From NCBI GenBank assembly GCA_964187785.1, contig OZ076409.1, positions 50,282,001 to 50,346,000 of the forward strand: a stretch of DNA of 64,000 nt. Reading direction: 5' to 3'. The translations under genes were made by a program, and so were the position numbers. Shown one piece after another: positions 37,602-51,083 of the stretch (position 1 is the first letter of the stretch; every line of letters starts with the position of its first letter). The DNA comes from Amphiscolops sp. MND2022 (Eukaryota). The notes under the pieces were generated by a model. It was given only the letters and a program-made list of their open reading frames with translations, did not search any database and had not been told where the DNA came from.

Positions 37602-38190
37602 TATACATTTATATTTTAAATTGAATTGTTCTTTTGCCATCGGTCGCGAGTCTAGAGGAGGTGTGTGCGGTGGAGCTCAATATAGCAGATTACCCAATCA
37701 GAGACCAGTATTCAGCTGCGCGCGGTCGTTTAATCTTTTAATCACACCTAATTAAATCGTGCATGTGTTAAATCGTTCACTATTGAATTCGTCACCTTTT
37801 TTGTCAAAATGTGTTGGGATATACTTTAGGACTCATAAAACGTTGTTATAGATCATTTGGAAGTTGTTCTTCGTGAATAATATGTTCGTCAATTTTTCAT
37901 TATTAATAAATATTACGTGGTGTGCAACCTGTCCAGACCGTGCAACTTGCATGTAACTTGTCACCAAAATCGAAGCAAAAAAACGAGCAAATTGTCATTA
38001 ATAATGAAGGTCTTCCCGAGGGGTATAAATTTTTGTTTATCGATAAATCAACGTTTTTTGCGCTCAATAAGACTTTCTAGAAATTTTATCCAGGTTTTTC
38101 ATCTCAAAAAAAAGTTATACCTTGTTACATCTTGCCCGCCAAGTTGCACTCGGGAAAGTGGAACTTGTGATAATATTAGGTTTTTCCCTA

Positions 38191-38373
38191 NNNNNNNNNN
38201 NNNNNNNNNNNNNNNNNNNNNNNNNNNNNNNNNNNNNNNNNNNNNNNNNNNNNNNNNNNNNNNNNNNNNNNNNNNNNNNNNNNNNNNNNNNNNNNNNNNN
38301 NNNNNNNNNNNNNNNNNNNNNNNNNNNNNNNNNNNNNNNNNNNNNNNNNNNNNNNNNNNNNNNNNNNNNNNNN
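38191..38373. other. Assembly gap (183 N) at the C/LTR junction
   Basis: Run of N. Confidence 1.
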
Positions 38374-39995
38374 CATGTGAAACACACCGCTTAACGAGCG
38401 ACCAAACAATTTTATAGCGAGACTGCGGCCTGGCAGCCGGCCTCAAATTCAGACCGTGAAGCGCCGGCCTGGGACGCGGCCTGAGAATAAACCACGCTGC
38501 TAAGCACAACGCGGCTGAATTAAATGTGCTAATGAATACATGTAAACGTTTTAATACCCTCTGCAGTAACTAAATGACGATATGATTGCAATTGTCCTAA
38601 TAATAGACCTTTCATATTAACTGCACTAAATACGATGAACTGCGGCCTGGGATGCGGCCTGAAAATGATTATGTACCAAGTTAATTATAAAAGCAGTAAA
38701 CGTTGATGTTATTACATATTTTTGTTCAGGAATAAACCTGGAGCTTATTAATTGTGTTCATGAATGATATTGTCGGTTAAATATTACATATAAGGATTTT
38801 TTGCATGTAATTAGTGATTGATTAAAAAACGAGCCTGGACCTCAGCCTGTTCCCAACATTTAATTGTACACATTAATAACATGTATTTCTTATTCCTCGT
38901 ACCCGTTGATGTTGAATTACGTTAACCGTCGACCAAGATGGTGCTTTTCATAATATTCGTCACAGTATTTATTCTTTACCTCCTGAAGTAAAGTTGTCCG
39001 TCCCGGACTGTGGCCTGGGGCTAATGCCTCACAGTTCTCAGTCAAATCAGCCTTGAGAACATCGCATGAACTGTCCTATCTACTCATTTACTTTCCTGTG
39101 TGTGATTTCGTCAGTCTAAAACTAAAACAATGCTACCTTTATCAAACTAAGGAATATTTTTGTAAAATATTGACTGTCATTCTTTTCCTCAATTCTCATA
39201 ATCAGTTTGCAGTACTCTTGATGATTCACCACTTTCAATTTCGCCAAGTTCAGCTTCGGCGTCTTGAAAGAGCGGGAAATTGGAGGCGAAGGGAAGCGGA
39301 GTCGCAACTCAGACAGGAAGTGGACGCGTGCTTTCTTCGGAAAGCATGAACAAGCTGAAAGTCTGAGTTCGAAAAGCGGAACTGAACTTCCGGTTTCCCC
39401 GCTTGGGATGGACGCCGGGCTGAACGACATGTGAAATATTGTTGTGTTTTCCCCGCTCTTCGGAGAGTAAAAGGTATAAATATGCTGAAATTTGGGAGCC
39501 ATTAGTAGTTGAAATTTTGTTTCGTTGCGAATTACTAACTTGCCAATTAAACGACAATTAACATTTTGCAATCTGCATTTTCTTTGTTCGTCAGTCAGTT
39601 TGAATTATTGCTTAAGAAATTTGAGATTGATCCAAACAACATGCCTGAGCGAAGTTCTAAGAGGAAAGCCAGACGTGAATCAATCACTAGTTCAGTAGAT
39701 GAACCAGAGTGTTCGAGCATGAGGACCGGGAACGTCCCCAGCATTTCCGTCAAAGACTTCGCTGATTTGACAGAAAAAACCGAAAAGTCGGTGAATAAAC
39801 GGATTAAGGACACGGAGACCGGACAACGAGAAATACTAAAAATGATAGAAAATTTGTCTTCTAAAATAGACTCGTTGACTGACAAGACGTCTTGCGATTT
39901 GAACCAGGGTTCGAATGGAGTAAACTCTGAAAACGTGGTACTAGAGAATAGACCCATAGAATCAAACGAATTCCAACAAGATGTCAGTCAACACA
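38374..39995 (+). repeat. Gypsy-2 5' LTR, right part
   Basis: Colinear and highly similar (not identical) to 55441-57064. Ends ...GTCAACACA directly before the PBS. Confidence 0.88.
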
Positions 39996-40901
39996 TGGTG
40001 ACAGGAGTATCTCCCCAACCAGAAATACCGCCCCGGTCATCAAGCTTGCCGCCCCCAACCAGAAATACCCGGACCACATAGTAGACAAAGTGCTCGAATC
40101 GTTCCGGAATGTCACCCAACAGAACATCAGACTTCAACAACTATGCCCACCTTTAACGGACGAAATGACAAATTCGAGCATTTCGAAGACCTCTTCATGA
40201 CAAGCCTCAAGGTATACCCTAACATATCTGAGGAAGAACAAATCCATTACTTCCACTCCCTACTCAGGGATGAAGCACTCCAAACATATCGCAATATGAC
40301 CGACACAAATCGTGCCAGCTTAGAGGACATCATTGCCACATTCCGACGCAGATATGTACGCCCCAAATCCATCGCAACAGCCAGATGCAAATGGGGGCAA
40401 CTCCACTTTGATCCCTCACGGCAAACATTCCAAGACTTTCCGGAACAATACCAAAAATTGGCGCAAGAGGCATACGGAGAAGACGCCCCAAAATTCATAG
40501 AAACATCTTTTTATGCCAAAATGCCGACCCACTTAAAACGAGTTCTCAACCAAGCAAGGTTAGAAACAGAATCTTACGATTTGATGGTCCAACATTTGGA
40601 GAGGGAAATGGAATTAAACGGACTGTTGGCCCCCAGCGAAACCAACATAACAGGTGTACATCAAAACGAAGTACAAGAAACACAACAAGCCCCAAACCCT
40701 CCCAAACCCACAGGCCCATGCTACGGATGCGGACAACCTGGCCACGTTGTCAAAAATTGTCGAAAATTAGCCCGTGAAGCCCGCAATAGAGGTAACAGAG
40801 TACCTAACAAAATCGTCGACCCATGCGAAACATGTGGCAAAAAGAGCCACTCAACGCAGGATTGCTATTCAGGCGCAAACTGGGCGAACCGACCACAGTG
40901 A
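39641..40901 (+). pseudogene. Gypsy-2 gag (frameshifted), starting inside the LTR
   Basis: ATG at 39641 (MPERSSKRK...). The second fragment has capsid-like 'MPTFNGRNDKFEHFEDLF' and CCHC knuckles CYGCGQPGHVVKNC and CETCGKKSHSTQDC. Confidence 0.8.
39996..40008 (+). promoter_or_regulatory. Gypsy-2 primer-binding site (tRNA-Leu-like)
   Basis: TGGTGACAGGAGT at the exact point where homology with the 3' LTR ends; one mismatch from the tRNA-Leu(CAG)-type PBS TGGTGTCAGGAGT. Confidence 0.7.
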
Positions 40902-42199
40902 TGGAAAACCCCAAAAACCACGCCCCCGAACAATATCCCGATAACACCACAACAAGGTCAGTACGTAAAAGAAAACTCACAAATAACTCAACCCCAAAAC
41001 CAAAACCAGACAACAAGCCAAATGGGCTATCTACCCCCACCCCAATTGACAACTCAATCTCACGAACAAACCCAGCCAAAAAACTAGCTTTGCCACATCT
41101 TCAGTTTGGGGAAACCGTCGAAACCCGACATTTCACAATATCAGAGCCCCCAAACACTTACGATCGCGAAGAACACAATGAGCGCTGTGAAAAACCATCT
41201 CTCGACTGGCAGCGAAGATGGCAAATTCACAAGCTCCACAAATATAACCGTCAAACTACGACCAAAATAGACTACCCACAATGGTACATTGACAACCCGA
41301 CCGACTACAATACTCCAAAACGACCCTTACCAGAAAGCACCTCCCCTGAAACCTACATTCATGACCCCGAGTTCAACTGCGACCCGTACCCTAATCCCCA
41401 ACTTTACGACAGAGAAACATTAACCTTTAGACAGAGAGAGTGCACGCCATTTGAGGAATACATCAAGAAAACGGGAATGAACATCTCAACAGAGCCACGT
41501 CACAGACCAAAAACTGTCCAACCTGTACCAGAGTATGACCAAGATGTAGAACGTGTAACAGAAATATTAGTCGATAACCCGACTAACAGACCCAAGTCCA
41601 TACTCAAAAACCAGGGATCTCAAATCACGGCCCCCCAATCACCACCAAAAAACCAACAAGTCAACCCTATCAGAGCCGGAATCATACGATCCCCAACAAT
41701 GGACGTGGCACCCGACTGCCACCAACACGAAAACATCACCTGCAGGACCACGACTGAAGCCGTGGACCCGGCCCAACCCACAATCAACAAGTAGACAACA
41801 CCCTCCAAACCAACAGCAAGGAGGATCAAGAGGCCTCTAATGTTAGAGCCCCCCCACCTCAATAGTCAGCCGCAAGATGAAGTTGAACTCACCCAACCCA
41901 TCATGGCTGACGCAACTAACATGCAGCCTGAATCCCAATCAGGTGTTGCAAACAGCACACCTCAACAGGACAGCTCTAGGTCCTACCCCTCAGAGCAGAC
42001 TGCAGAATACCCGAGGCAAAATCATAGGGCCAGGGGAACTCCCAGTCCCCTCTCCCAAAACGACAGTCAGTCTGAAAACGAAGTCGAGGACCCTCGACCC
42101 ATAGAGACTGCCACAACGAACTTGCAATCTGGATCCCCCTCAGGTGCTGAAAACTTCACACCGCCACAGGACGAACCCCAGTCCTACCCTACGGCCCAG

Positions 42200-45100
42200 A
42201 TTGCAGAATACCTCACAAGGGTCCCCGTGACCAACGAGCAATGCATCACAATCTCCTCAGCAGTAACACTCAAGAAGAAGAAGAAAATGATATTTGCTCC
42301 AATGGATTTCCAGGACTTAACCCTGGATGCCCTCATAGACTCCGGCGCCCTTGTTAACTGCATTTCAGAAACAGACTACAACAACCACCCCCCTTCAAAC
42401 TTCAAGTCGCAAATAGCGACATCGAAACACCAACCAAGACAATCAACCTCCAATTCGAAATAGGGGACTGGAACTTTAAAGCAACATTCATTGTTGCCAA
42501 ACGACTGACAGGCCCAATACTCGGCCTTACCTTCCTCAAGAACAATAGCGCTATCCTGGATGTGAATCAGGGCCTGCTCCACTTCCCTCACTTCACATAT
42601 TCCATCGAAACTGACGAGTATACCCGCAACCGAAAACTCTATAAAGTCCAAATAAAGAACCCACCCACCATACCTCCCGAGACAACGCAGACAATCACTG
42701 GCTACACGGACATATCATCTAGCATCGACACAACCGGTGTCATCAACCCAGCCACCAATCACTGTAGCGGTGACCCCCTGGTGGTAGCCAGCTCAATATA
42801 AACAGCCTCAAACTGTAAGATCGACGTCAGGGTGACCAACACCACCCCCACACCCTACACCATGAAAAAGAATTCGACGATAGCGGAGTTCAAAATTATG
42901 TCACCAGAAGAAGCCAAAGAACTCAAACCACTCAACACAGCAGCACTCAAAGTGCTCACCGAAGATGATTCAGAAGACGCAATAGTCTACATCAATGAAC
43001 TTCTAAAAACTTCTGACAAAGCCTCCAACATCCAACACTTTTGGTTCCCCACGCCAAATGACCCCGGGGACCCTAACACCCACACGCCGATCCAAAGCCG
43101 AAACTTGCGAGAAGTAAAAGAACTGGAAGAGATTCAGAAACTAAACCCTACCAACAGTGACGAAGAAATAGAGGCATTCCTCAAAAACTTCAAATGGGAT
43201 GACACACAACTGGACATTGGAATCAACCACGATTTCAAAATTAAACTCACGCCGGAAACAGATGAACCAGTCTACTCACAGAGCTTGCCCTGTCCTTTTA
43301 ACCTAAAAGAAGACTTGACAGTGGAACTGGCATTAATGCACTACTTCGGGATCATAACAACCCTCCCATTCAGCAAATACGCCAGCCCGATCTTTGCCCA
43401 GCGCAAACCGAACGGCCGACTGCGCCTACTAGTGGACCTCAGAAAGATCAATAACTTGATCTCGGACGATTACATAAACAACAATCATCCGGTCAGCACA
43501 CTAACCGATGCCGCGCAACACCTCGCTGGCAAGAAGTTGTTTTGCAAACTTGACTGTCCACAAGCGTACCACGTACTGCAGATGGCAGACCAGAAGTCCG
43601 TCCAACTTCTCGCCTTCAACTTCGCCAGCAGAACTTTCGCATACCTCAGACTGGCCCAAGGACTGAGCAGATCACTATCGTCCTTCTCAAGTTTCATGCG
43701 AGAATACCTGGACAAGGCCATAAAGGCGGACAATTGCGCCCAATACGTAGATGACATTGGAATTGCCACAAACACTCCCGAAGAGTTGAAAAACAATTTG
43801 AGAGAGGTCTTCCAATGCATCCGCGCAGAAGGACTTCGGCTTACAATGGCCAAATGTCAGTTCGGCGCCAAGGAAGTCGAATTCCTTGGGCGAACAATCT
43901 CTCCATCGGGTGTGGCGCCCCAGAGCCACAAAATCCAGAAGTACTTGCAAACGCTCAAATTCCCCCGAACAAAGAAAGGACTTCAAAGATACATCGGATT
44001 TGTAAATTATTACAGAAACTATATCCCCGATTATCAGAGAAGATCGCTCCTTTCCACGAACTCATAAAATCTGACAAGCCAGCAAAAATTGACCAGAAAC
44101 TTATATCCAACTTCGAAGCCATCAACAGGTCACTGGACAACGCGTGCGGACTTTGGCTCAAACAGCCACTGCCAAACCGACAGTACGTCTTGATGACTGA
44201 CGCCAACTTCAAAAACACCGGATACGCCCTAATGACCGAAGAGGACCCAGAACAGAAGATCACTTCCACCAAGAAAACATATGCCCCTGTAGCATTTGGA
44301 TCCAAAACCTTCTCCCCGTCACAATTGAAAATTTCAATTTATGCAAAGGAGTTTTTGGCCATCTGCTTTGCCTTCATGGAGTATAGCCATATCTTGTGGG
44401 GGTCCACCAAACCAATCATTGTCCTGACAGACAACAAGTCAGTCACGAGATTTTTCCAAGCCAAAATGATTCCACCCTCCCTGTGGAACGCCTGCGATTT
44501 CGTACTCTAATTTCACTTCAAAATCGCCCATGTACCAGGACGGATGAACACAGCGGCCGACTTCCTCTCCCGATTGGACATCAGCCCCAAAGAAAAAATC
44601 CTTCTCCAAATCAGAGAAGACATCCAAACAACACCCATCCAGGTGAATATCCAATCCTCCGACATTCACGAGGAAAACCAGTTCTACTTTTTCCAGAAGA
44701 CGACTCCGAGACAGAAGAAGACATCTGGGAGCAAAAACAAAGAGCGCGCAAGAAAATATACAGCCCCCAAGAACACGAAACTGACTCACCAGCCGCGACA
44801 AATGAGACAAACTCTCAAACGGAGAACTTACCATTAGTGTGCAATAATATCCAAGATCCAGAACAAGAACAAAGGCGCCAACTTCACAGTGACACAAGTT
44901 TCCCACGTAGTCTGAGACCACACCAGGACCAGGACCCCGTCCTCCGAAATCTCAAACTGAAAATGTTAAAAGAGCAATATGACACCCAACTTCTGAACGA
45001 TGATCCCAGAGCAACCAAATACTTAACTCAAGAAGACAGAATCATCATCAAAGATGGGCTACTGTACAGACAATACTTCGGAGACAATGGGAAAGTAAAA

Positions 45101-46692
45101 TACTTACAGGTGCTACTCCCCAAAAACTGGTCGACGAATTCATCCAACACCATCATGGAAAGTATGGAAAACACCAAGTGATAGCCAAAACCATTCAACA
45201 ATGCCGTGAAAAGTACTATTTAACAGGACTCGCTGCAAAAATAGCCAACCACATCTCACTCTGCAGAGAAAGCGCCCAAACAAAGAGAACCCCAAACAGT
45301 AGCATCACACCACCCTTAATCGATATGTCACAACTAGCACTGGGACCTGAGGAAGTGCCCCAAATGGATATAGTCCCATTTGACGACCCATCAGGAGGAT
45401 ACAATGCGGTTATTACAGCAATGGATGTCTTCTCCCGATACCTCTTTGCATACAGTGTTACTAGAATCGATACCAGAACCGTCACCCGAGTCCTCATAGA
45501 CATCATTACTGGACACAGCTACCTCCCCACAACCATCATCACAGATAAGGGGACCCAATTTGTAGCAGAATCCATGCAACAAATCACTACAGCTCTGGGA
45601 ATCCAATTGAGGCTTGCTACCACAAAACATGCCCAAACAATAGGCATCCTGGAACGCAGTCACGCCTCACTGAAAGAGAGTCTCAAAATTATGACAGGGG
45701 AAATGCGTACAATGTGGCATCAATTTTTACCAATGGCGAGTTTAAATTACAATACCTCATATCACACGTCCCTGGGCTGTCAGCCCAGCAGAGTGTTCCA
45801 CGAAAGAGTCCCCTACAATGTACTTGATCTGAAATACGGACTCAAAACACAAAATCCTGCCCCAACCAACAGTGAAATTGCTGAAGGAGTGCTCCGACAG
45901 ACAAAAGAAATTGTCGAGCAGACACAACAGTCACTGATGCAGGCCTACGTTCGCCACAAACTCTATTACGACAAGAAGGCATCCGCCAACCCCTTGGTAG
46001 TAAACGACTACTGCTGTGCAATGCATCCAAAGGCGCATAGCCAATCGACAAAACTGCCGTTTAGGGACTACCTTTGGACGGGACCATATATCGTGGTCAA
46101 GACTCTACCAAACAACAATTATTCAGTTCGAAAACTTCAGACAAATCTCACAAAGATCCTACATAGAATCAGGCTCAGACCATTTAAGAGTACACACAAA
46201 CTGCTTGACATCTCCACACCCCTCAAAGATTTCCAGCAAGATAACGAAGTTATCATACAACATGACGACCTTTACGCCTTAGCTTGGCAAGAGCTTTACC
46301 AAAAAGACCCTACCCATCTCGGAAACAGCCCGTCACCCGAACCCAATTTGATACCGCCAAACCCAGAAACAGCTGACGAAACCATCCACCCTGACCCAAT
46401 GCCCGAACCTGAAAACATTAGCAATCACCCGGAAGACCAGGCAGATGACCTAACCCTAGACATAGCCAATGAACCCGAAGATCCCGTACCCACCCATAAA
46501 TCCCCCCGAAAATCAAAGTACAACCTTCGACAAAACCCGACCTCAAATTGGAAGCCGGATTTCGCTTACTATAGTCCTATAGAAATCAATCCAAACAACT
46601 CGATAATCCTGAATCACGGGCCAGACGACAGCCCAGAAATACAAGTTTTAGCGGACCTCGGCCCTGACGGTGGCCTGAGATCAGAAAATTGA
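42200..46692 (+). pseudogene. Gypsy-2 pol (protease, RT, RNase H, integrase) with multiple frameshifts and stops
   Basis: DALIDSGALVNCIS (PR); YASPIF..KPNGRLRLLVDLRKIN and YVDD (RT); MTDANF...TDNKS (RH); MDIVPF..MDVFSRY, TDKGTQF, GILERSH (IN). Spread over ORFs 41840, 42562, 42832, 43815, 44544, 44396 and 45178. Confidence 0.92.
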
Positions 46693-47035
46693 AAAGGCCC
46701 CAGGGGCTAACCTGGACAACTATACTGTGACTCAAATTCAAATCTCCTCAACTCATAATGGCTCTTTTTCTCTCTTACACTCTACTACTCTACAACTTGG
46801 ATGAAAACAATACAGAGGCTAAATACTAAATTGACTGACCTGACGGATAATTGAGCTGCCGCAAAGTTTTTTCCTCTCGCTCCATAATATCAGAGCATGA
46901 TTTTTTTCTTTCTTTTCTATCAAAGGAACCGACATGCGGAACCCAACTATTTGAGATGAACAATGACTAATTTCATCAAGAACAACAAAAACAATATACA
47001 AAGGAACAGTTTCATCAAAGTTTTCAGTTACAATA

Positions 47036-49607
47036 TCATTCAAAACGATTTTTCCTGTCGAACACTCTTTTTACTCCCCTTCTTCTTTTTTCCGCCGGAC
47101 TAGTAGTGCCCTGTTGAGATCCGGGAGCTACAACAAGAGACGCAGTATCAGCTACAGACGTACCTCCAGAAGCTTCCCCTCGAGAAGACGGGCCGGCCGC
47201 CATACGAGCTCTCCACTCATCAACTTGCCCAGAATAATAAGCAGTATAACATCGAAAGATACTTCCGAAGACATCTTCATATGGATGACGACTGACTCCA
47301 CCCCAAGGATCAAAGGTACTGCACCCCAAGAACAGATGCCCAACTAACAGATTACTCTTTAACTCTGCAGTACACTCCACTGTCAAAAGCTCAGTCTATA
47401 CAAACTTTTGCTGAATGACAAATGACTGAACACCACTCAAACCAGTCTGGATCACTGAAAGAGGCACACTACATCCACTAGTCGATATTTCAACGTGAGG
47501 CAGAGGACCAGGAGCAGGACACACAATCACGCGCACAAGACGAACGACCTGCCTCACATGAGCCCGACACTGGAAGATATCAAGAGATTCCAAAACACTG
47601 AATATATCATCGATTTGGGAACAATCCACAGAACGTCCACGCAACTCCACGACCAAAGACTTGAACTCGTTTGATGCGGCCTCACGTTCCACACCATCTA
47701 GACAACCAGACTCCCGCAAACAGGCAACAAGATCCTGGAATAAGTCTGCAACGTAATCAGCGTCCCCGCCCAATAACATGTCCACACTTAAGGAACTCAA
47801 CGACCGGGCAATCCGTGAATGGGCGTAAGGACTGGAACCGAGCTGCTTCAAAAGTTCAAGTAAACATCCCTGACACTCACGCAAGAAAGAACGACGAGGG
47901 ATTTCATCCAATCATCGGAGAGCTTTCAAAATACTGGGTTCCCCCTGCAGACACTCCGCAACTGTCACATTGGCCCAACTATTCAACGGCTTTGACACAT
48001 ACTCGGACCACTTATCGATTGAAGGCAATTGGCTGACTTTCTTGACCTTGCTCAACAGGCTCCACTAGAAGAAACAGAAATCACTGAAGTTCCTGCAACC
48101 GTAGTCCCGCACAGAAGACTCAAACGGCTTTTCACGATTAGAGCGGAAACACCGCAACACCACATGCAATAAAACAAGACGAGGCAATCCCAATCGATCC
48201 GAGCACAACAACGAATCCAGATCAACAACGTTCTTCTTCATCAAGAGAGTATCATTTGACAGGCAAATCGTGATATCCGACCAATTATCCAGCAATTCCT
48301 GGACCACATCACACCAAGAGGCAGCAGGTATGGCACCAGACTCTAAACACATACGGAATCGAGGCAAGTTCAAAAGCCAAGCCTGATGTCGGACTCGCTT
48401 CAAACGCTGCACCAGGTACTCCACAGTTGCAAAGGGATCCACTGACCCAACACACATTAAACTAGCATCATGCATCAAACGACGCAGAACATCACAGTCG
48501 AAGACAATAGCAGCAACTGGAACAGGTCGACCGACAGCTTGACACCAATCCACGTAGGCATTGAACAGCACAGGAGGACAACCCTGGATGGAAACAGGGC
48601 CCCGACGAGTTGGCACAAGCGACAACACTCGAGCCAAACACTGAATCTCCATCTCACAGGAGACCCCGCCAAGCTCCACATCAACCAGACAGATCTCACG
48701 TACAGAATCGTCGGGACAGCAACGGACGACACACTTTACTCCTGAGAGTGAAGACTGCAGCGCCAAGCTAAAGAGGACTGTCACCCAGCCACGATTTCAC
48801 ACGTCGAAGAACGCAAGGGAAGAGAGTTTGGACAATAAAAACCAAAGTCTCCGTCTTACTCCAGCTCACAGAAGCATAGGGACTCTCCACGGGCAAGGTT
48901 GTCCGAAATTGGTCCCAGAGACGACGCAGGAACACTTATGACCCTCCACTCCTCAGCAACTCGAAAAGGCATCCAACGAGAGTTGTCGGTGGTACATTGG
49001 AAGAGACGCCAACCAGTGCATCGACCTCGTCCGCCACAAACTTATTCATTCTGCCGAGTGTGACAGGGGGCGTCAGTTCAATTTCGGCCCGTAACTCAGC
49101 AGACACCTCAGCAATGGGGATGGCATCTAAGTTCTCGCTGTAAATAACATCCTCGTGGTCCAAACGGTAGCGACGGTCTTTCAAATAATGCCCTTTGCAC
49201 TTAAAATGCCTCCAGATACCTCGAGGACCTCGGGACAAGAAGGAGACATCTTTTCGACAGACGGCACAATTGAAACCATTGGGGCTTTTGTCAGTACGCC
49301 TGCTGACGAACAGACGCGGAATTGGATGATTGACCATAGCTTTAGTCAACACATGGCGCTCAGTCTGTTTTTTCTTCCGCTCTTCATCGCGGGCCAACAA
49401 TCGCTCTTTGTTCGCCTCCACAGGATCCTGGACGCGCCCAGGGTCACTGGCATCGATCCGTTTCTCCTTTAAGAGCCGTGACCTTTCTTCAAATTCTGCA
49501 ACATACAACACCAATGAATGACCCAATACACTACGACGAAATATCAACAACCCAATTAGAACAGACAAGCAAAAGTAGGCAACAACACAAGACCAGACGG
49601 AAGACAA
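47036..49607 (-). pseudogene. Gypsy-2 antisense cargo gene: BED-like zinc finger plus possible hAT-transposase-like remainder, fragmented
   Basis: Consecutive minus-strand ORFs of 223, 239, 171 and 116 aa. The first has CAVC..WRHFKCKGH. A homolog is at the same relative position in the 14-19 kb element. The hAT-like assignment is inference. Confidence 0.55.
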
Positions 49608-51083
49608 TCAGAGAACACTAGGAAATGAGAAACAACTCCAGAAAACAACTTACGCTTTGCCAGGGTCTTAGTTTCCTTTAGAGTCTCTGTCCGCTCAGCC
49701 CGAGCAGCACTCCGCGCGAGCATCACGCACTGGGCAGCAGACAACATCATGGGCGACCCAGGAGAAACAGCCTTCAGACCCACTGAAAATACAGGAAGCT
49801 GAAGTACAAGTCACCCGTATATTATTTACCCAGTTCAACTCAACAAAACGACCACTAAAGAAAACGCAATCATCAACAAATAACAGCCTCATTTCAACAA
49901 TACCATTTTCCCAGTCGTTGTACACGACCGAAGGCTCCAGTCCCATTGCATCACGTCCATGTTGCGTCCGGGACGTCTGGACACCCTCCTCAGCAAGCAC
50001 AGATGCCGGGTCACTGTCAACAGCAGGGGTATCAAGTGCCTCCTCACAAATGAAAACGTCGCTGCCACTAGAGGCAACAGCCCGAGGCACAACAGAAGCC
50101 CGCATCCCGGTCGTAGGAGTTGGATCAGAGACTATGAAACAAAATGAAAAGTATGCACAAGAGAACAGAACACATGCACCTAGCACCTTTCCCAAGCACC
50201 TTTAGGCCAAGGAAGAAAGATGACGGAATACCTACTTTCAAGAGTACGGGATGCAGAGACGGTCGGAGGAATGTAGTCATCTCCAGAACTATCAACCAGT
50301 GTAGGTGGCCTGGGAATGGCCCCAGTCACTACATCTGCCAGTCGTACCCGCTTAGCAGACCGCACACTACTCGTCGACAGAAACCGACTAGTCCGTTGTT
50401 TTGAACTGCTCTGAGATTTCTTCCGGCTAGGGGGACATAATCTTTGTCACTCTCATCATCAGTAGCTGCAAAAAGTAGATGAAAAAGAACGCGTTCAAGA
50501 AATCTAGAAAGGGCTGGCCACCTATCAATTTCTAGGAAAAGCTTACCTTTCTTCCTTGCCAGGTAGTCCAGATCATGACGCTCCTCACTACAAGTCGAGT
50601 GGTAGGACCCAGTCTCCAAACAACTTTCACCATCAGAGTGCCCAAGACCTTCATCTCCAGAACTGCCAAAACCATGACCAGCAGAGACTCCACCGTCACT
50701 TGCTTCTCCACCCTCCTTTTTGTCGCCATCCACAGTCACTTCTCTACCCTCACGGACAACTGACTCAACCACAGAATCAACTTCCGCTCCACTCTCCACT
50801 AACTCCGCTTCACGACTGCGGTGCAACATTGCACTATCTTCTTCAGTGGAACACATAATCAATTCTCTGAAAACACCAAACCATGAAACATAAAAAGAAG
50901 ATGTGGCGTAAAATCAATGGAAATATCAATACTAGAAGTTATCTACTATATAAGGAGAGTTGGTCAGTCTGCCAGCTGAACAATTCGAAAAGCTCAACAC
51001 AAATGGTGTGAACAAATTTTCAGGACGCGGATTATTCAGATACATTCCCAATCAACTGACAATCAGCTTGCTAATCAAACAAA

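Larger units (their letters stand above)
26481..38190. mobile_element. Insertion C: ~11.7-kb putative Crypton-like YR DNA element carrying SET-ZnF-YR and ZnF-JmjC genes
   Basis: Abuts (TAA)18 on the left and an N gap on the right. Clustered GTGCAAC(T/C)TG motifs at both ends; imperfect inverted ends TAATATTTGTGACAAGTTGCAC (26482-26503) and GTGGAACTTGTGATAATATTA (38158-38178). An 18-bp motif recurs throughout. Lies inside a retrotransposon LTR, so it inserted later. Confidence 0.72.
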
